DNA from: Paragordius varius
Taxonomy: Eukaryota; Animalia; Nematomorpha
Reading direction: 5' to 3'
DNA: 64,000 nucleotides
Assembly (NCBI GenBank): GCA_964247055.1
Contig: OZ176057.1
Span: forward strand, 5,518,001 to 5,582,000
The notes below the pieces were generated by a model, which saw only the letters and a list, made by a program, of their open reading frames with translations, searched no databases and had not been told where the DNA came from. The translations under genes were made by a program, and so were the position numbers. Below are positions 61,683 through 64,000 of this stretch, one piece after another (the first letter of the stretch is position 1; every line of letters begins with the position of its first letter).

Positions 61683-64000
61683 TCTATATTTATAAATAGA
61701 AACTGACTTTGTGATCTGTTTCCGGAAAACCGGTAGACCCATTCAAATTCTAATGTCAAAAAAATATAATCATTACGCCCTTTTTGGCTCCCAGTTCGGG
61801 ACCACCTCGTGTAGAAACGGGTTTTTTGAAAACAAAAGTCCACAAAAATCGTGTCTTTGAGACAATTTTCCGGAAAATGTGTTGGACCATTGATTTTCGA
61901 TTGCGTCGAACATAGTCGGCTCGCTTTTTTAATTTAGGCCCTCTTTTTACCAGCTCCCCGTAAAATGCCATTTTTTTCAAAAAAAACTCAGTCCGCAAAA
62001 ATTATTTTTTGAATCTTATTTTCCGCCAAGGTGTGAGACCGTAAAAATTCAATGAGGATTCCAGGTATTCCCTGTTAAAAGGCAAAAATTTTAGTCGTTC
62101 TTATATATTGGCTGCTGGCTAAGGAGATACCCGCTAAAAACTGTCCCGTCATATCGAAATAGCGTCCTTTAGGGGCTAAATTTCAGAAAACCTATCAGGT
62201 CATATGAGTTTAATAGGTGATTAGAATATTACCTGTAACAAGGCTTGAATTTAGGCCGTACGGTTTTTTAAAATTAGCCGTTAGTTAGGTCCTTCACCCT
62301 GAAAAATGCGCTACCATAGAATAATTTTTTAGTTTTGAGGAAATTTTTCTTAAATAATGAGAGCATATGGAATCAATAATGCCATGTTTTCTCCGTAAAA
62401 AGGCAAAATTTTTAATCAAGCGCTTTTTTGTATCAGTCTCTGGATAGGGAGCTACCCGCCTAAAACTGCGCCCCCATATCGAGATTGTGTTGTTTAGGAG
62501 TTATTTTTCAGAAAAATTATCAGGCCCATATGTTAAATAAGGGCCTGAAATATTACCCGTAAAATGCAAATTTAGGTCGAGCGGTTTTTTTAAATTAGCC
62601 GTTAACTAGGCCCTTTACGCCCTAGAAAATGCGCTATCATTGAACTATTATTTGGTTTAGAAGCAATTGTTCCAAAAACTAAAAGGAACATAATGAATGA
62701 TTCCAGGTATTCCCCTATAATGGCAAAATTTTTATCGAACGTCTTTTTATATTGCCCTCTGGATAGAGACTACCCGCCTACAACTGCGTCACCATATCGA
62801 TACAGCGTGTTGGAGGCAAATTTTAGAAATCTTATCAGGCCATATGATTTAAATTAGGGCTTGAAATATTACCGTAAAAAGGCAAAAATTTAAGTAAAGC
62901 GGTTTTATTAAATTACCTTTTAATTAGGCCTTGCCCTGAAAAATGCGCCATTATACAATGATTTTTTGGTTTTGAGGCAAGTTTTCGAATCCCACGAGAG
63001 CATATGGAATTAATCATGATTCCATGTATAATCCGAATCAAGGCAAACATTTTAATCGAGCGTTTTTTGTTTCGCCCCTGGTTTAGGGGCTACCCGTATA
63101 AAACTGCGAAACCATATCGATACAGCATGCCTTTGGAGCCAAATTTCAGAAACCTTTGAGTTTAATAGAATATGGATTTCCTGATAATTCCAGATATTCC
63201 CCATATAAAGGCAAATTTGCCCAGAGCTTTTTTATACCTGTACCTGGGTTAGGAGTTACCCGCCAAAAACTGCGCCACTATAAGGAAATTGCGTTGTTCT
63301 AGAGATAATTTACAGAAAATTTATGAAGCCATATGAGCTAAAAGCTTGAAATATTACCCGTAACTAGGTAAAGGTCATGTGTTTTTTATTAGCTGTTAAT
63401 TTGGGGCCTTTATGCCCTAAAAATACATGCCATCATATAACAATCATTTACAGTCATGTATCTTTTATTTTATTAAAAATTTATTTTTTTTTGTTAAATG
63501 GGTATAAATATTTGGTAAAGAATGGAAAAAACAAGAGCTCTATGGTAATTCTTATACTTTTTTGATGAATATGATATTAATACCATAGAGCTCTTGTTTG
63601 TTCCATTCTTTACTAAATATTTATACCCATTTAACGACAAAAAATAAATTTTTGAAAATTAAATTATACATGACTGTAGCATTGAGGTATTTTTTTGAAT
63701 GACCCATGAGACGATGGTATCAAAGATGATTCCAAATGTTTGCCCTATAGAGGCAAAGAATTTAACTCAGCGCTTTTTTCATATAGGACTATGGATAGGG
63801 ATCCGGTTTAAAACTGAACGCCATACAAAAATAGCTTGGTTTTAGAGCTAATTTTCAAAAAACTTAAGCCATAGAGTTCAGTTAAACACATTTCTGGGGA
63901 ATTTGTATAATATCATTCTTTTCTTTAAAAAGGGACCCTAAAAGATTTACTTTTCATATCCCTTGATCCCAGCTTTGTGAACTCAAAATAAAACTTTAAA
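61683..64000 (+). mobile_element. Long non-autonomous Helitron with an expanded ~320-bp internal repeat (runs off the window)
   Basis: Same A|TC 5' end and first ~450 bp as the 18445 element; the block starting GATTCCAGGTATTCCC recurs at ~62057, 62380, 62699, 63018, 63187 and 63709. Confidence 0.8.
63451..63676. mobile_element. Tc1/mariner-type fold-back MITE nested in the Helitron
   Basis: TA|CAGTCATGTAT...ATACATGACTG|TA; ~100-bp near-perfect arms; absent at the equivalent site (~19108) of the other Helitron copy. Confidence 0.88.

Overview
Very AT-rich eukaryotic genomic DNA, probably from an invertebrate animal, with spliceosomal introns. No prokaryotic operons, CRISPR arrays, rRNA or tRNA genes were seen. 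Three genes could be built exon by exon with consistent phases: an LST8 (TOR complex WD40) orthologue (minus, 12 exons, 6491-15182), a Star-like FkbM-family methyltransferase (plus, 4 exons, 40016-43914) and a UBE3A/E6AP-like HECT E3 ligase (minus, 16 exons, 44195-58269). A fourth, unidentified minus-strand membrane-anchored gene probably starts at 31634. Much of the rest is transposon-derived: an intact RTE LINE with a 19-bp TSD, three hAT elements with perfect 8-bp TSDs, non-autonomous Helitrons, a piggyBac-type MITE, and more than 30 TA-flanked MITE copies, often nested. The most notable observation is a complete type I hammerhead ribozyme (50715-50791, minus) at the apex of a ~277-bp fold-back element, in sense orientation inside a UBE3A intron. 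All coordinates were read by hand; repeat boundaries marked ~ are approximate.
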